Positions 27,069 to 36,619 of a stretch of DNA of 64,000 nt are shown here, piece after piece. The stretch is from assembly GCA_964490935.1 (NCBI GenBank), contig CAZBEO010000005.1:7040-71039 (forward strand), read 5' to 3'. Each line of letters opens with the position of its first letter. Within the stretch, counting starts at the first letter, position 1. The notes beneath the pieces were generated by a model, which was not told where the DNA came from, did not search any database, and saw nothing but the letters and a program-made list of their open reading frames with translations. The stretch is from an uncultured Verrucomicrobiota bacterium (lineage in GTDB: Bacteria > Verrucomicrobiota > Kiritimatiellia > RZYC01). A program made the translations under genes and the position numbers.

Positions 27069-27923
27069 TTAAGTCAGCGATTCATGGTTGAGGGCTTCGA
27101 GATAGGCATCCAATCCCTCCTGCCAAGAAGGGAAGCGATGGCCGGTCCATTGCGTATAGCGCGTTTTATCCAGCACGGAATTGGCGGGGCGTCGTGCGGG
27201 GCGCGGATAGGTGGAGGCAGGGACTGGAATCACTTCCACGCCGGGCTGAACCCGGTCCACAATGGCGCGTGCAAAATCAAACCACGAGCAGGCACCTTCC
27301 GACGAGGTATGCACGATGCCCCGGTGTTTTGTTTGAAGCAGCCGCAGCAGCGCGTCGGCCAACTGTCCGCTCCAGGTGGGACAGGACACCTGATCATGCA
27401 CGACTTTCAGCGGCACTTTGCCCTCGGCTAAAAAGCGCATAATGGATTGAATAAAACTCGGGCCATGCAGGCCGAAAAGCGACTGGGTGCGCGCGATGAT
27501 ATACGCGCATCCGGCGTTCTGCACGGCGCGTTCCCCGGCGAGCTTGCTTTCGCCATACACACTGAGGGCGTGGGTCGGGTCATCCTCCTGATAGGGGTTT
27601 TTTTTGGTGCCGTCGAAGACATAATCGGTGCTGATATGCAGCAACGAAACGCTCCGTTGCGCACAGAGTCGGGCCAAGTTACGCGGGCCTTCGGCATTGA
27701 CGGAAAAACAGATATCGCGATTCGTTTCCGCGTCATCCACACGGGTATAAGCGGCGCAGTTAATGATCCAGTCACATTCGGGCATGTCATCCTGGAGACG
27801 TTCCGGTCTGGTAATGTCTATTTCGGGCAGGTCCAAGCCGACGAAGTTCACGCCTGCACACGCGCAGGCGTTCTTCAGGTCCGTTCCAAGCATTCCGTTG
27901 GCGCCGACAATCACCACCCGCAT
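27069..27923 (-). CDS. rfbD: dTDP-4-dehydrorhamnose reductase
   Basis: MRVVIVGANGMLGTDL N-terminus and YGESKLAGE catalytic motif. Start set at the Met abutting the rfbA stop. Confidence 0.85.
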   Translation of the reverse strand: MRVVIVGANGMLGTDLKNACACAGVNFVGLDLPEIDITRPERLQDDMPECDWIINCAAYTRVDDAETNRDICFSVNAEGPRNLARLCAQRSVSLLHISTDYVFDGTKKNPYQEDDPTHALSVYGESKLAGERAVQNAGCAYIIARTQSLFGLHGPSFIQSIMRFLAEGKVPLKVVHDQVSCPTWSGQLADALLRLLQTKHRGIVHTSSEGACSWFDFARAIVDRVQPGVEVIPVPASTYPRPARRPANSVLDKTRYTQWTGHRFPSWQEGLDAYLEALNHESLT

Positions 27924-28654
27924 CAAATGGCCACTCCTTCCATGCGGGCGACCGTCAGGTTCGCCATCAGCAGGGCTTCGGCATTTTCGCCTGCATCCAT
28001 CCACCATCCATCGACCAGATCATACTGCATGGCACCCTGTGCGATATAGCGGTTATTTACGTCCGTAATTTCAAGCTCCCCGCGTGCGGAGGGTGTCAGC
28101 CCCTTGATGAAATCAAAGACATCCGCCGGATACATGTAGACCCCGATCACCGCCAGATTGCTGGGTGAATCCTTGGGCTTTTCAATGATTTGGGTGATGC
28201 GCTTTCCTTCCACGGTTGCGATACCGTATTCCCAAGGGTGATCCACCTCTTTCAGAAAAATACGCGCTCCCTCGGGCTGATTTTGAAAGGCCTCGACGCC
28301 GTGTCGAATGCCTTTTTCGAGGAGGTTATCGCCCAGCACCACCGTGAATTTATGTCCGTCCACGAAATCTTCCGCTAGGCTGAGGGCATCGGCAATGCCG
28401 CCTTCGCCTTCCTGGTAGGTATATTCGAGATGGCGCAGTCCAAATTGTTTGCCATTGCCGATCAGGCGCAGAAAATCTCCGGCATTGTTGCCGCCGGTGA
28501 CGATCAGGACCTCCTTGATGCCAGCCTGCGCCAGCATCTCGATGGGATAGAAAATCATCGGCTTTTTGTAAATCGGCAGCAGATGTTTGTTGGTAATTTT
28601 TGTGAGCGGGTTCAACCGGGTCCCCAGTCCTCCGGCCAGTACAACACCTTTCAT
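27923..28654 (-). CDS. rfbA: Glucose-1-phosphate thymidylyltransferase (short form)
   Basis: MKGVVLAGGLGTRLNPLTKITNKHLLPIYKKPMIFYPIE is the nucleotidyltransferase signature. 243 aa. Confidence 0.85.
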   Translation of the reverse strand: MKGVVLAGGLGTRLNPLTKITNKHLLPIYKKPMIFYPIEMLAQAGIKEVLIVTGGNNAGDFLRLIGNGKQFGLRHLEYTYQEGEGGIADALSLAEDFVDGHKFTVVLGDNLLEKGIRHGVEAFQNQPEGARIFLKEVDHPWEYGIATVEGKRITQIIEKPKDSPSNLAVIGVYMYPADVFDFIKGLTPSARGELEITDVNNRYIAQGAMQYDLVDGWWMDAGENAEALLMANLTVARMEGVAI

Positions 28655-28814
28655 AATATTTTTTCTCCTTCGATGGGCGGAACGCTGCCGCCGTTAAACG
28701 TCTGTATGGAGCACAGCTTAATGAAAACATGTGGCATGACAATCTAATATTGAAGTTTCACTTTCCGGGGAAAGATTCTCACACAAAGCCGCAAAGCCAG
28801 GAATGTGCGGTTAT

Positions 28815-29927
28815 TCAGTCTGTCTGCTCCGCTCGACTAGGCGGCGCAATGAAGCGCTGGTAGTAGGCGAGCACCAGGCAGGACATCGGGATGGCGATGA
28901 GCAACCCAAGAAATCCCAGCAATTTGCCCCAAATGGCCAGCGAGAGGAGAATGACCGCCGGGCTTAGGCCCGTGGCTTTGCCCAGGATTTTCGGTGTCAG
29001 CACCAGATCCTGGAGTGTCTGCACCACAGCAAACACCAGGAGCGTCAGCAGGGGTAATTGCCAGGGATTTGCGCCGGTGATGATGCTCGAGAGAAAGGCC
29101 AGCAGAAAGGCGGGGATCAAGCCGACAATTTGCAAGTAGGGCACCATATTGAGCAGGCCGATGAAAAGCCCAAGGAAAATGCCGAGCGGCAGGCCGATCA
29201 ACCAGAAACCAAAGGCAAACAGGCACCCTACGATTGAGGCGATCATCGCCTGCCCGCGAAAATAACGCTTCATGGCCTCGTTGAAGTCATCTACGAAACC
29301 AACCACCGGTACCCGATAGCTTGGAGGCAGGTAATCGGGCCACGTTTCCTTGATTTTATCGTAATCGATGAGAAGAAAAATCATATAGAGTAGGATAACG
29401 GCCAGGCCAATCAGCCCAAGGACAAAGCTGACGGCACCGGTGATAACACTCCATACGCCTGGCAATGCGCGACGAAGCATACCCTGAAAGAGTTCCTGAA
29501 AGCGTTCTGACTGAAACCACTCCCGCACATCCTGATCAGCTAGGCGCTGCAAGAAGTGATCCCACTGTACATTCGGCAGTAGCTTAATCAGCCAATCCGG
29601 GGGTCGGGCCTGCTCAATCTTGGTGAGAAACGGAATCATGGCCGAAAATTCGCGAAGAATCAGCGGGGTCAGAAAGAGAACCAAGCCGGTGAATGCCGCC
29701 ACGACCAAGACCAGCGCCACCGCCACCGCTATTCCGCGCCGTTTGACTCGATGCTGAAGGCCTGTAACCAGCGGATTAATCAGATAAGCCAACAGAAAGG
29801 CCACGGCAAAAGGGATGAGGACCTCACTGAAATAATTCAGCATGGCGATTATACCGAGCAGAATGAGCAGCTTCAGGATCATCCGCGCAATACGGTCGAG
29901 CGTATAAGGCTTGCTGTCAAGCAACAT
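28815..29927 (-). CDS. AI-2E family transporter (PerM/YdiK-like, UPF0118)
   Basis: 370 aa with about 8 transmembrane helices, typical AI-2E topology and length. Confidence 0.7.
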   Translation of the reverse strand: MLLDSKPYTLDRIARMILKLLILLGIIAMLNYFSEVLIPFAVAFLLAYLINPLVTGLQHRVKRRGIAVAVALVLVVAAFTGLVLFLTPLILREFSAMIPFLTKIEQARPPDWLIKLLPNVQWDHFLQRLADQDVREWFQSERFQELFQGMLRRALPGVWSVITGAVSFVLGLIGLAVILLYMIFLLIDYDKIKETWPDYLPPSYRVPVVGFVDDFNEAMKRYFRGQAMIASIVGCLFAFGFWLIGLPLGIFLGLFIGLLNMVPYLQIVGLIPAFLLAFLSSIITGANPWQLPLLTLLVFAVVQTLQDLVLTPKILGKATGLSPAVILLSLAIWGKLLGFLGLLIAIPMSCLVLAYYQRFIAPPSRAEQTD

Positions 29928-30018
29928 GGTTTTGGCTCCTTCGGTGGAAAATCTTCTTTCTTTTGCAAGGAACGAGTCCTTAAGGTCCTAATGTATCGCA
30001 AACTGGGTACAGAACCAC

Positions 30019-31116
30019 ATGAAAAAAATTGCTTATTACGTTTCGGGGCATGGATACGGGCATGGGGTGCGCACATGCGATATTCTCCCCGAGCTGTTCG
30101 CTGGGTGGCCCGACATCGAGGTGGAACTCATCACGGCCCTGCCGGAAGCCTTTCTGCGTCCGCGCTTGAACGGGCTGCCCGTTTCCCTGCGTGCCGGGGC
30201 GTTCGACGTGGGCATGATTCAGTTAGATTCGGTCGCCGTGGATGTTCCGGCCACGTTGCGGGCGGTCGAGGCTCTCTTTGCACGGCGCAAAGCTCTGATC
30301 GAGCAGGAAATCCGCTACCTGCAGGCATCACACATCACCCTTGTCGTGGCGGATATTCCCTCGATACCTCTCGAAGCCGCCTCTGCGGCAGGCATACCCT
30401 GTGCTGCCATTGGGAATTTTGGTTGGAACTGGATTTACTCGCCATTCGCGGAGCAGGAGGCGCGATGGCATCCCCTGATTGCCCTGATTGAGGAAGGTTA
30501 CCGTTGTGCGGACCTGCTGCTCCGCCTGCCCTTTTCCGAAGCCATGACCGTATTCAAACGGCAGGTGGATATTCCCCTGTTGGCAAAAGCGGGAGCCAAA
30601 CGACGCGCCGAACTGGCCGCCGTCACTGGCGCCGATCCCGGAAAACGCTGGGTACTGCTTTCCTTTTCTGTGCTCAACTGGACGGAGGAGACCGTGCGGC
30701 GCGTAGCCCGCGAAGAGGGGTTCGAGTTCTTCACCGTCAAGCCGTTGGTTTGGGAGGGCAGCGGGGTCCATGCTGTGGATCGAGAGCATATTCCCTTCAC
30801 CGACGTACTCGCCACCGTGGATGCCGTCCTTTCCAAGCCGGGCTATGGTCTACTCTCCGAATGCGTGGCCAACGACAAACCGCTCGTCTACGTGGACCGT
30901 CGCGATTTCATTGAATATCCTATTTTGGAAAAGGCCATTCGCAGGCATCTGCGCGGCGTGCACATCCCGCAGGAAGATTTGTATGCCGGGCGTGTCCGCT
31001 CCTATCTGGAGCGTCTTGAAGAGAGCCCTCTTCCAACTGAACCGATGGAGCGGGGCGGCGGAGAACGCGCCGCCGGGGAGCTGCTCCGGCTGATGGAACC
31101 AGTAGGTTCTCCATGA
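30019..31116 (+). CDS. Glycosyltransferase (GT-B fold, GT1/GT28-like; MJ1255-type family)
   Basis: N-terminal YYVSGHGYGHGVR, as in GT-B UDP-sugar transferases. C-terminal ...SKPGYGLLSECVANDKPLVYV donor-binding region. Confidence 0.55.
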   Translation: MKKIAYYVSGHGYGHGVRTCDILPELFAGWPDIEVELITALPEAFLRPRLNGLPVSLRAGAFDVGMIQLDSVAVDVPATLRAVEALFARRKALIEQEIRYLQASHITLVVADIPSIPLEAASAAGIPCAAIGNFGWNWIYSPFAEQEARWHPLIALIEEGYRCADLLLRLPFSEAMTVFKRQVDIPLLAKAGAKRRAELAAVTGADPGKRWVLLSFSVLNWTEETVRRVAREEGFEFFTVKPLVWEGSGVHAVDREHIPFTDVLATVDAVLSKPGYGLLSECVANDKPLVYVDRRDFIEYPILEKAIRRHLRGVHIPQEDLYAGRVRSYLERLEESPLPTEPMERGGGERAAGELLRLMEPVGSP

Positions 31117-31135
31117 TAAAGTTGAAAAAACTCGT

Positions 31136-31163
31136 TTGACTGTGACCGTTCCGTGCCTATAAT
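31136..31163 (+). promoter_or_regulatory. Sigma70-like promoter upstream of uracil permease (TTGACT, 16 nt, TATAAT), leaving a ~125-nt leader
   Basis: TTGACT at 31136-31141, TATAAT at 31158-31163. Confidence 0.5.
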
Positions 31164-31291
31164 CTTTTCCGACGGGTGTTTATTTCCCGCCAAGCCTTTT
31201 GTTCAAAATGATAAGGGGTTGGCACGGAAAAAAATACCGAAACGCGGAGTGACTCAGGCATTGGTTAACATCAACAAAAGGGGCTAAGCGT

Positions 31292-32554
31292 ATGAGTATT
31301 AAGGAAGATGTAACGGGCAAAAATGTGGTGCTGGGCATTCAGCATACGTTTGTGATGTTCGGGGCGACGGTATTGGTGCCGATTATCACAGGGCTTGACG
31401 TGGGCGTGACCCTCTTTGCGGCCGGTGTTGGTACGTGGCTGTTTCACGTCCTTACCAAATTCAAAGTTCCGGTATTTTTGGGTTCATCCTTTGCCTTTAT
31501 TCCCGGCATCATTGCCGTTTCCACGGCGGAAGGCGGTAGCCTTCCGGAAGCCTGCGGCGCGATTTTTGTTGCGGGTCTGTTGTATGTTGTTGCGGCGGCC
31601 TTTTTCAAAGTCATTGGCTATGACATGCTGCACAGGATCCTTCCTGCACACGTAACCGGTCCGGTGATCATGCTGATCGGCTTGATTCTTGCCCCCGTGG
31701 CTATCAAGAATGCCAATGGTTCCTACGCGCCGCAACTGGTGGAGCAATTCGGTGTGTCGGGATGCTGGCTTGTGGCTGGCTTTACCTTCGCCGTCGCCGT
31801 TTTTGTGAGGGTGTTCTTTGAGAAAAGAGCCAAACTGCTCTCCATGCTGCCGGTACTGATCGCCTTGATTCTTGGTTACATTCTTTCGGTTATCATGGGC
31901 ATGGTGGATTTCACTACGGTGAAAGAAGCGGCTTGGTTTGGTGTTCCTGCATTCAGCAAGCCGGTCTTTTCCATGCGCGCGATGTCGATTATTCTGCCCA
32001 TTGCAATCGTCACCATCGTGGAGCACGTGGGTGATATTCTGGCCATCGGCAATGTAGTCGGCAAAAACTTTGTCAAAGACCCCGGCATTCATCGTACGTT
32101 GTTGGGTGATGGTTTGGCCACTTCGCTGTCGGCCTTGATCGGCGGACCGGCCAATACCACCTACTCAGAAAACACCGGTGCGGTTGCTTTGACGGGCGTA
32201 TACAATCCCATCGTCATGCGTATTGCCGCCTGCTGCGCGATTCTGTTGGCGGTCATTCCGAAATTTACCGCGCTGATCGGTACGATTCCGAGTCCTGTAA
32301 TCGGCGGTATTTCTATTCTGCTGTTCGGTATGATTGCTGCCATCGGAGCCAAGAACATGGTGGATGCCCGCGTGAACTTCTCGGATGCTCGTATACTGAT
32401 GATTGCTGCATCTATTCTGGTGCTCGGGATTGGTGGAGCTGAAGTGTCGTTTGGTCCGGTTCAGTTCAAGGGGTTGGGTCTGGCCGCGCTGGTCGGTATT
32501 ATACTGAACCTGATCCTAATGTTCTCCAGCAATAAAGCGCCAAAAACGGAATAG
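31292..32554 (+). CDS. uraA: Uracil/xanthine permease (NCS2 family)
   Basis: 420 aa, about 12 transmembrane helices. NCS2 motifs GIQHTFVMFGATVLVP and ...TYSENTGAVALTGV. Confidence 0.8.
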   Translation: MSIKEDVTGKNVVLGIQHTFVMFGATVLVPIITGLDVGVTLFAAGVGTWLFHVLTKFKVPVFLGSSFAFIPGIIAVSTAEGGSLPEACGAIFVAGLLYVVAAAFFKVIGYDMLHRILPAHVTGPVIMLIGLILAPVAIKNANGSYAPQLVEQFGVSGCWLVAGFTFAVAVFVRVFFEKRAKLLSMLPVLIALILGYILSVIMGMVDFTTVKEAAWFGVPAFSKPVFSMRAMSIILPIAIVTIVEHVGDILAIGNVVGKNFVKDPGIHRTLLGDGLATSLSALIGGPANTTYSENTGAVALTGVYNPIVMRIAACCAILLAVIPKFTALIGTIPSPVIGGISILLFGMIAAIGAKNMVDARVNFSDARILMIAASILVLGIGGAEVSFGPVQFKGLGLAALVGIILNLILMFSSNKAPKTE

Positions 32555-32713
32555 CCGTGGCAATCTAAATAAGAAATAAGTGGGGAGCGGTTCTCAAACA
32601 ATTTGGCGTTGGCAATGCTTCGTAACAAGGTATCTCCCCCTACACACGACGAGGCTCGTCGTTAGCCTGTACGGAGTATTGCCAACCCTTATTTAAACTA
32701 CGCTCAAGACACA

Positions 32714-32741
32714 TCCCGGGCCACGGCCCGGGATTTTTTTT
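32714..32741 (+). terminator. Rho-independent terminator (CCCGGGCC-loop-GGCCCGGG + 8 T)
   Basis: Perfect 8-bp GC stem at 32715-32722/32725-32732, then TTTTTTTT. Sits 160 nt after the uraA stop. Confidence 0.8.
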
Positions 32742-32839
32742 GCAATATATTTCACTCCGCTGCGTTTTACTCACCATGCGCAGAGATTTCACAGAGAACA
32801 AGGCGCAATGAGAAAACAGCGAAAAACAAGGAGTGCGAG

Positions 32840-33421
32840 ATGAAGAAGAACAGAATGATTTGTATGCTTTCCCTGGCCAGCTTATTGGCATTCAGTGCGG
32901 GTACTTTTGCCCAAGGCCCCGGCAAGTGCGGCCCGAAGAAGGACGGTCCCTGCGGGCCGATGCGCGGCGTAGGCTGCCTGCTGGAAAACGAGGAATGCAT
33001 GAGCCGCCTCAACATCACCGCCGACCAGAAAAAGGCGTTGGAAGAAATCAGCCTTCGCTCTGAACAGGAGAAAACAGGACTTGAAGCGGAAGCGAAAACG
33101 GCGCACTTGGCCTTAAAAACGCTGATGAAATCGCAATCGGATGATCGCGATGCGATTTTTAAGGCCATGGACGAGGTCAGTGCCTGCCAGCTGAAGCTAA
33201 AAAAGGCCGGCATGACCGCTTGGCTGGATGCTCAAAGCAACCTGACCGAAGAGCAGCGCACACAGATCCGCAAGGAAATGGGTGCCATGCGTAAAGGCGA
33301 AATGAAGAATCGGGATGGGAAGAAATGCGGCGGAAAAAAGCGCGGGCCGGAGTGCGGAAAAGGACGCCCCGGAACCATGGGATGCGGCCCGACGGACATG
33401 GAACCGGAGGACGCCCCTTAA
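32840..33421 (+). CDS. Periplasmic Spy/CpxP-family chaperone (LTxxQ motif protein)
   Basis: Signal peptide. Two LTxxQ motifs (NITADQKKALEEI and NLTEEQRTQIRKEM). Lys-rich helical protein. Confidence 0.75.
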   Translation: MKKNRMICMLSLASLLAFSAGTFAQGPGKCGPKKDGPCGPMRGVGCLLENEECMSRLNITADQKKALEEISLRSEQEKTGLEAEAKTAHLALKTLMKSQSDDRDAIFKAMDEVSACQLKLKKAGMTAWLDAQSNLTEEQRTQIRKEMGAMRKGEMKNRDGKKCGGKKRGPECGKGRPGTMGCGPTDMEPEDAP

Positions 33422-33454
33422 ACGGTGCACGGCTGCATTGAATCGGCTAAATGG

Positions 33455-33486
33455 AAAGAGCGTCCACCCGGGCGCTCTTTCTCTTG
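33455..33486 (+). terminator. Probable rho-independent terminator after the spy-like gene
   Basis: AAAGAGCG...CGCTCTTT stem followed by CTCTT. Confidence 0.45.
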
Positions 33487-33590
33487 CCGATATTCCAGAC
33501 TTCTTCTTTCCCTCTTCTCGTAAAAAATGGCATTTTTTACTGGCATTTTCGGAGCGGCACTTCTACTTTACCCCCGCTCTTTCCTTAATA

Positions 33591-33665
33591 GGCGCGGTAG
33601 CCAAGTGGTAAGGCACGGGTCTGCAAAACCTGTATTCATCGGTTCGAGTCCGATCCGCGCCTCCA
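33591..33665 (+). tRNA. tRNA-Cys (anticodon GCA)
   Basis: 75 nt. Acceptor GGCGCGG/CCGCGCC, anticodon loop CUGCAAA, T-loop GGTTCGAGTCC, encoded CCA. Confidence 0.9.
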
Positions 33666-33759
33666 TTTCTTCTTTCCATTCCAACGGATTGGACTTTGTC
33701 CTGAATTTGCCCTACCTTCGACACGCCTGATTCCGGCAGACCGTGAAGAGGACGTGCAT

Positions 33760-34620
33760 ATGAAAGAAGAGAGCAGAATATGGCCCGGCCACCTGGTGAG
33801 CATTCCCGTAAAAAGGACGGGAGAAACGGTGTGGTTGGATGGCTTTTTGCGAACGGATGCACGAAGAAAAAAAACCTTGTTGATTTTTGTGCATGGCATG
33901 CACAGCAATTTCTATCGGTCGCACCTGAAAAAAGAACTGATGGCCCAGTGTGTTGGGGCCGGCTGCGATTTGCTCTCCTTCAATAACAGTGGTGCGGAAG
34001 CACAGGTGGTCGATGAGCGCTTTGAAGACTGCCTGGGGGATCTAGATGCCGCGCTTGCTTTTGGTCGCGCCCGTGGTTATCGACGTTTCATTCTGATGGG
34101 TCACAGCACCGGCTGTCAGAAAATAACTTGGTATCAGGCGCGGCGGCAGGCCCCGGATGTGAGCGGCTTGGCTTTGCTGGCACCGGGCGATGATTATGCC
34201 ATTGCAAGGCGGGATGCGGGGCGTTCCTTCAATCGTTGGGTGAAGCGAGCGCACCAATTGGTCGCTGAAGGACGTGGCGATACGCTGATGCCGCCGCAAT
34301 GCCTGGGCTTTACCGCCCGACGCTATCTCAGTGTGGCCGATCCCTCCAAGACGGAATCAAAAATTTTCAATTACGAAGGACGGCTTACCCATTTTAGACG
34401 GGTGGTTTGTCCTGTATTGCTCCTCTTCGGAAGTGCCGAGGAATATAGCTGTCTTCCGGTGGAAAGCATGCACGCCATTCTGCGTAAGGCTTCGCGCTCC
34501 ATTTGTTTTGAAGATCACATCATTCCCGGTGCCGACCATGGGTTCCACGGCTGTGAAGCGGAAACCACCCGATGTATACTGGCCTGGACAAACTCCAAAG
34601 TCCGACGGACTGCTTACTGA
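33760..34620 (+). CDS. Alpha/beta-fold hydrolase
   Basis: Nucleophile elbow GHSTGC, HG oxyanion hole (FVHGMHSN) and C-terminal ADHGFH. Confidence 0.7.
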   Translation: MKEESRIWPGHLVSIPVKRTGETVWLDGFLRTDARRKKTLLIFVHGMHSNFYRSHLKKELMAQCVGAGCDLLSFNNSGAEAQVVDERFEDCLGDLDAALAFGRARGYRRFILMGHSTGCQKITWYQARRQAPDVSGLALLAPGDDYAIARRDAGRSFNRWVKRAHQLVAEGRGDTLMPPQCLGFTARRYLSVADPSKTESKIFNYEGRLTHFRRVVCPVLLLFGSAEEYSCLPVESMHAILRKASRSICFEDHIIPGADHGFHGCEAETTRCILAWTNSKVRRTAY

Positions 34621-35786
34621 TCTAGAAAGTTTTCTCCGAGGGCCACGTTGACCATGTCAGCGAGCTCGCTGGCTGCGAACGGTTTTTGCAGAAAATGAAC
34701 GCGACGGTAGGAGAGCGCCTGCCGAATATCCGGTTGGGCTTCCGAAAGGCCGCTTACCAGAATGACGGGGACGGTGGATTTCTGTTCGATCAGCCATTCA
34801 ACCAGTTCCAGTCCGTTATAATCGGGCATACTGAAATCAATGATCAGCAGGTCAGGTTTTTGTGCATTTTTCTTCCAGAATTTATGCAGTTCTTCTCCGC
34901 AGGAAAGTTTGTGAACGGTATGTTTTTCTTCCGCCAGCACCACTTCGCACATTTCACGAAAGGTGGGGTTGTCGTCGACCACCCAAATCAGTGAAGCGTC
35001 GAGTTTTTTGGATACCAGTTTGGGCTTGGTGCCGGACGTGTCCGGTTGAGCCGTGGGCAGCAGCACCTCAATCCGCGCGGATGCTCCGGGTTTGGAGGTC
35101 ATCAGCACGGTGCCCTCCATTTTTCCGACGATGCCATATACGCTCGAGAGCTTCACGCCGGCCCGATCTTTCATCTGGAATCCTTCGTCGGACTCGGGAA
35201 TATCAAAGACCAGCCCCCCGGAATCCTCCACTTCAAGGCGCAGATAGTCCTGGCCAGGCTGGTCGCCCGACATGGCTACGTTGGCCGTTCGAACGGTAAG
35301 GGTTCCGCCAGCCGGCATGCTGTCAATGGCATTGGTAATCAGGTTGAAAACGATTTGATGCAGGGCGCTTTGCGGGGCGGCCACGTAATCATTTTCAGCG
35401 GAGAGTTCGGTGTTGACCTCAATTTGTCCGGATGTTTGCAGTTCGAGGAGCGAGAGGACACTCAGCAGGGTGTCGTGCACGCGGTACCCTTTGAATTCTT
35501 CTGATTCGCTGCCTGCAAAAGCCAAAATTTCATCCGTTAAGCGGCGCCCGCGCTGAGCGGCTTCCGATATTTTTTGGAGCGCATCCGTGGCTTCGGTGGA
35601 GAGCGTCTCTCGATTCAGAATGTAGGAGGAATATCCCAGGATGACGGACAGGAGGTTGTTGAAGTGGTGGGCCACTCCGCTCGAAAGTGTGCCCAGAGAG
35701 CGCATGCGCTCGGATTGCACAAGCTGTCTGCTGAGTTCAAAATTAGTTTGTTCAAGCGTTGCGATGGTTTCTTTATCGCTCATCAT
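34614..35786 (-). CDS. Hybrid histidine kinase (HisKA + HATPase_c + receiver)
   Basis: H-box GVAHHFNNLL, G-boxes DSGGLVF and GVKLSSVYG, receiver IWVVDDNPTF ... LLIIDFSMP. Confidence 0.85.
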   Translation of the reverse strand: MMSDKETIATLEQTNFELSRQLVQSERMRSLGTLSSGVAHHFNNLLSVILGYSSYILNRETLSTEATDALQKISEAAQRGRRLTDEILAFAGSESEEFKGYRVHDTLLSVLSLLELQTSGQIEVNTELSAENDYVAAPQSALHQIVFNLITNAIDSMPAGGTLTVRTANVAMSGDQPGQDYLRLEVEDSGGLVFDIPESDEGFQMKDRAGVKLSSVYGIVGKMEGTVLMTSKPGASARIEVLLPTAQPDTSGTKPKLVSKKLDASLIWVVDDNPTFREMCEVVLAEEKHTVHKLSCGEELHKFWKKNAQKPDLLIIDFSMPDYNGLELVEWLIEQKSTVPVILVSGLSEAQPDIRQALSYRRVHFLQKPFAASELADMVNVALGENFLDQ

Positions 35787-36524
35787 TTACCTCCCAGAGG
35801 AAGACGGGTGTGCTTCATTCGGCGTTTTTAGTTCTTTGTTCATTTGAAATTGTATGGCTTTTTCACGGAAAACGGTATCAATCCGCATCCGGGAGTCTCG
35901 GTCTAGTTGAGCCAGCAGTATATTTTGAATCACACCATTCTGCAACAGCAAGACGGCATCATCTTTCAGTCCGATGAATTGTCCGCGCTGGATAAGCCCA
36001 TTGAGTTGTCGCAGTTTGATAAAATCGTTGACCGCATAAGGCGGGTAGCGCTCGGCCAGCTTGTTTGAGTAATAGGTGTACTGGCGCAACTCCTCTTCAC
36101 TCAGGGCATTCTGCAAGACGTCGCGAAGGGCTATTTCCTGAATAGCCTGGGATTCATCAGGTATGGCTGGTGCTTCGCCGTTGTTCGGTGCTTCTGCTGT
36201 ATTCATCAGAAGCATTTCGTCGTCCGGGTGCGTCGCGGTTTTGCTTAGGATTCGGACATCGTTCCGAAGGCGGAGGAGGTGGTACAGATTGAACAGCAGC
36301 AGAACAAGGATCAGGATGGCCCACGCCATGCGAAGAATGGAGGATACCCTTGTCGGGCCCGGTTGGGCGCAGTTCGGAGCGGTGGCCGCGATGCCGTGTG
36401 GATGAGCGACCAGTCCACATGCTGGGCAAATGACCGGTCCTTTGACGGTGCGTTTTGCGTCAAAGGGGTATCCGCAGTGTTCGCATAATAGTGGATGTTG
36501 GCTCATAATGACTCTTTTGATCAC
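35787..36524 (-). CDS. Zinc-ribbon (CxxC-x17-CxxC) membrane-anchored protein, unknown function
   Basis: LCEHCGY ... CPACG, then one transmembrane helix (ILILVLLLFNLYHLL) and a ~150-aa C-terminal domain. GTG or ATG start (36524 or 36506). Confidence 0.5.
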   Translation of the reverse strand: MIKRVIMSQHPLLCEHCGYPFDAKRTVKGPVICPACGLVAHPHGIAATAPNCAQPGPTRVSSILRMAWAILILVLLLFNLYHLLRLRNDVRILSKTATHPDDEMLLMNTAEAPNNGEAPAIPDESQAIQEIALRDVLQNALSEEELRQYTYYSNKLAERYPPYAVNDFIKLRQLNGLIQRGQFIGLKDDAVLLLQNGVIQNILLAQLDRDSRMRIDTVFREKAIQFQMNKELKTPNEAHPSSSGR

Positions 36525-36619
36525 ACGATGCTATGAATGCGAAAGGCTAATGCGGTTTTCCTTTCGACACAAGTCCTAAAGCAAAGCGAACACCGGGAAT
36601 CGGTGGCAGATGGTCGGCG

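Noticed and set aside
31136-31291. PyrR-type attenuator or riboswitch in the uraA leader
   Set aside because: The leader is long (~125 nt), but I could not recognise the conserved PyrR-binding loop or an anti-terminator/terminator pair, so only the promoter is reported.
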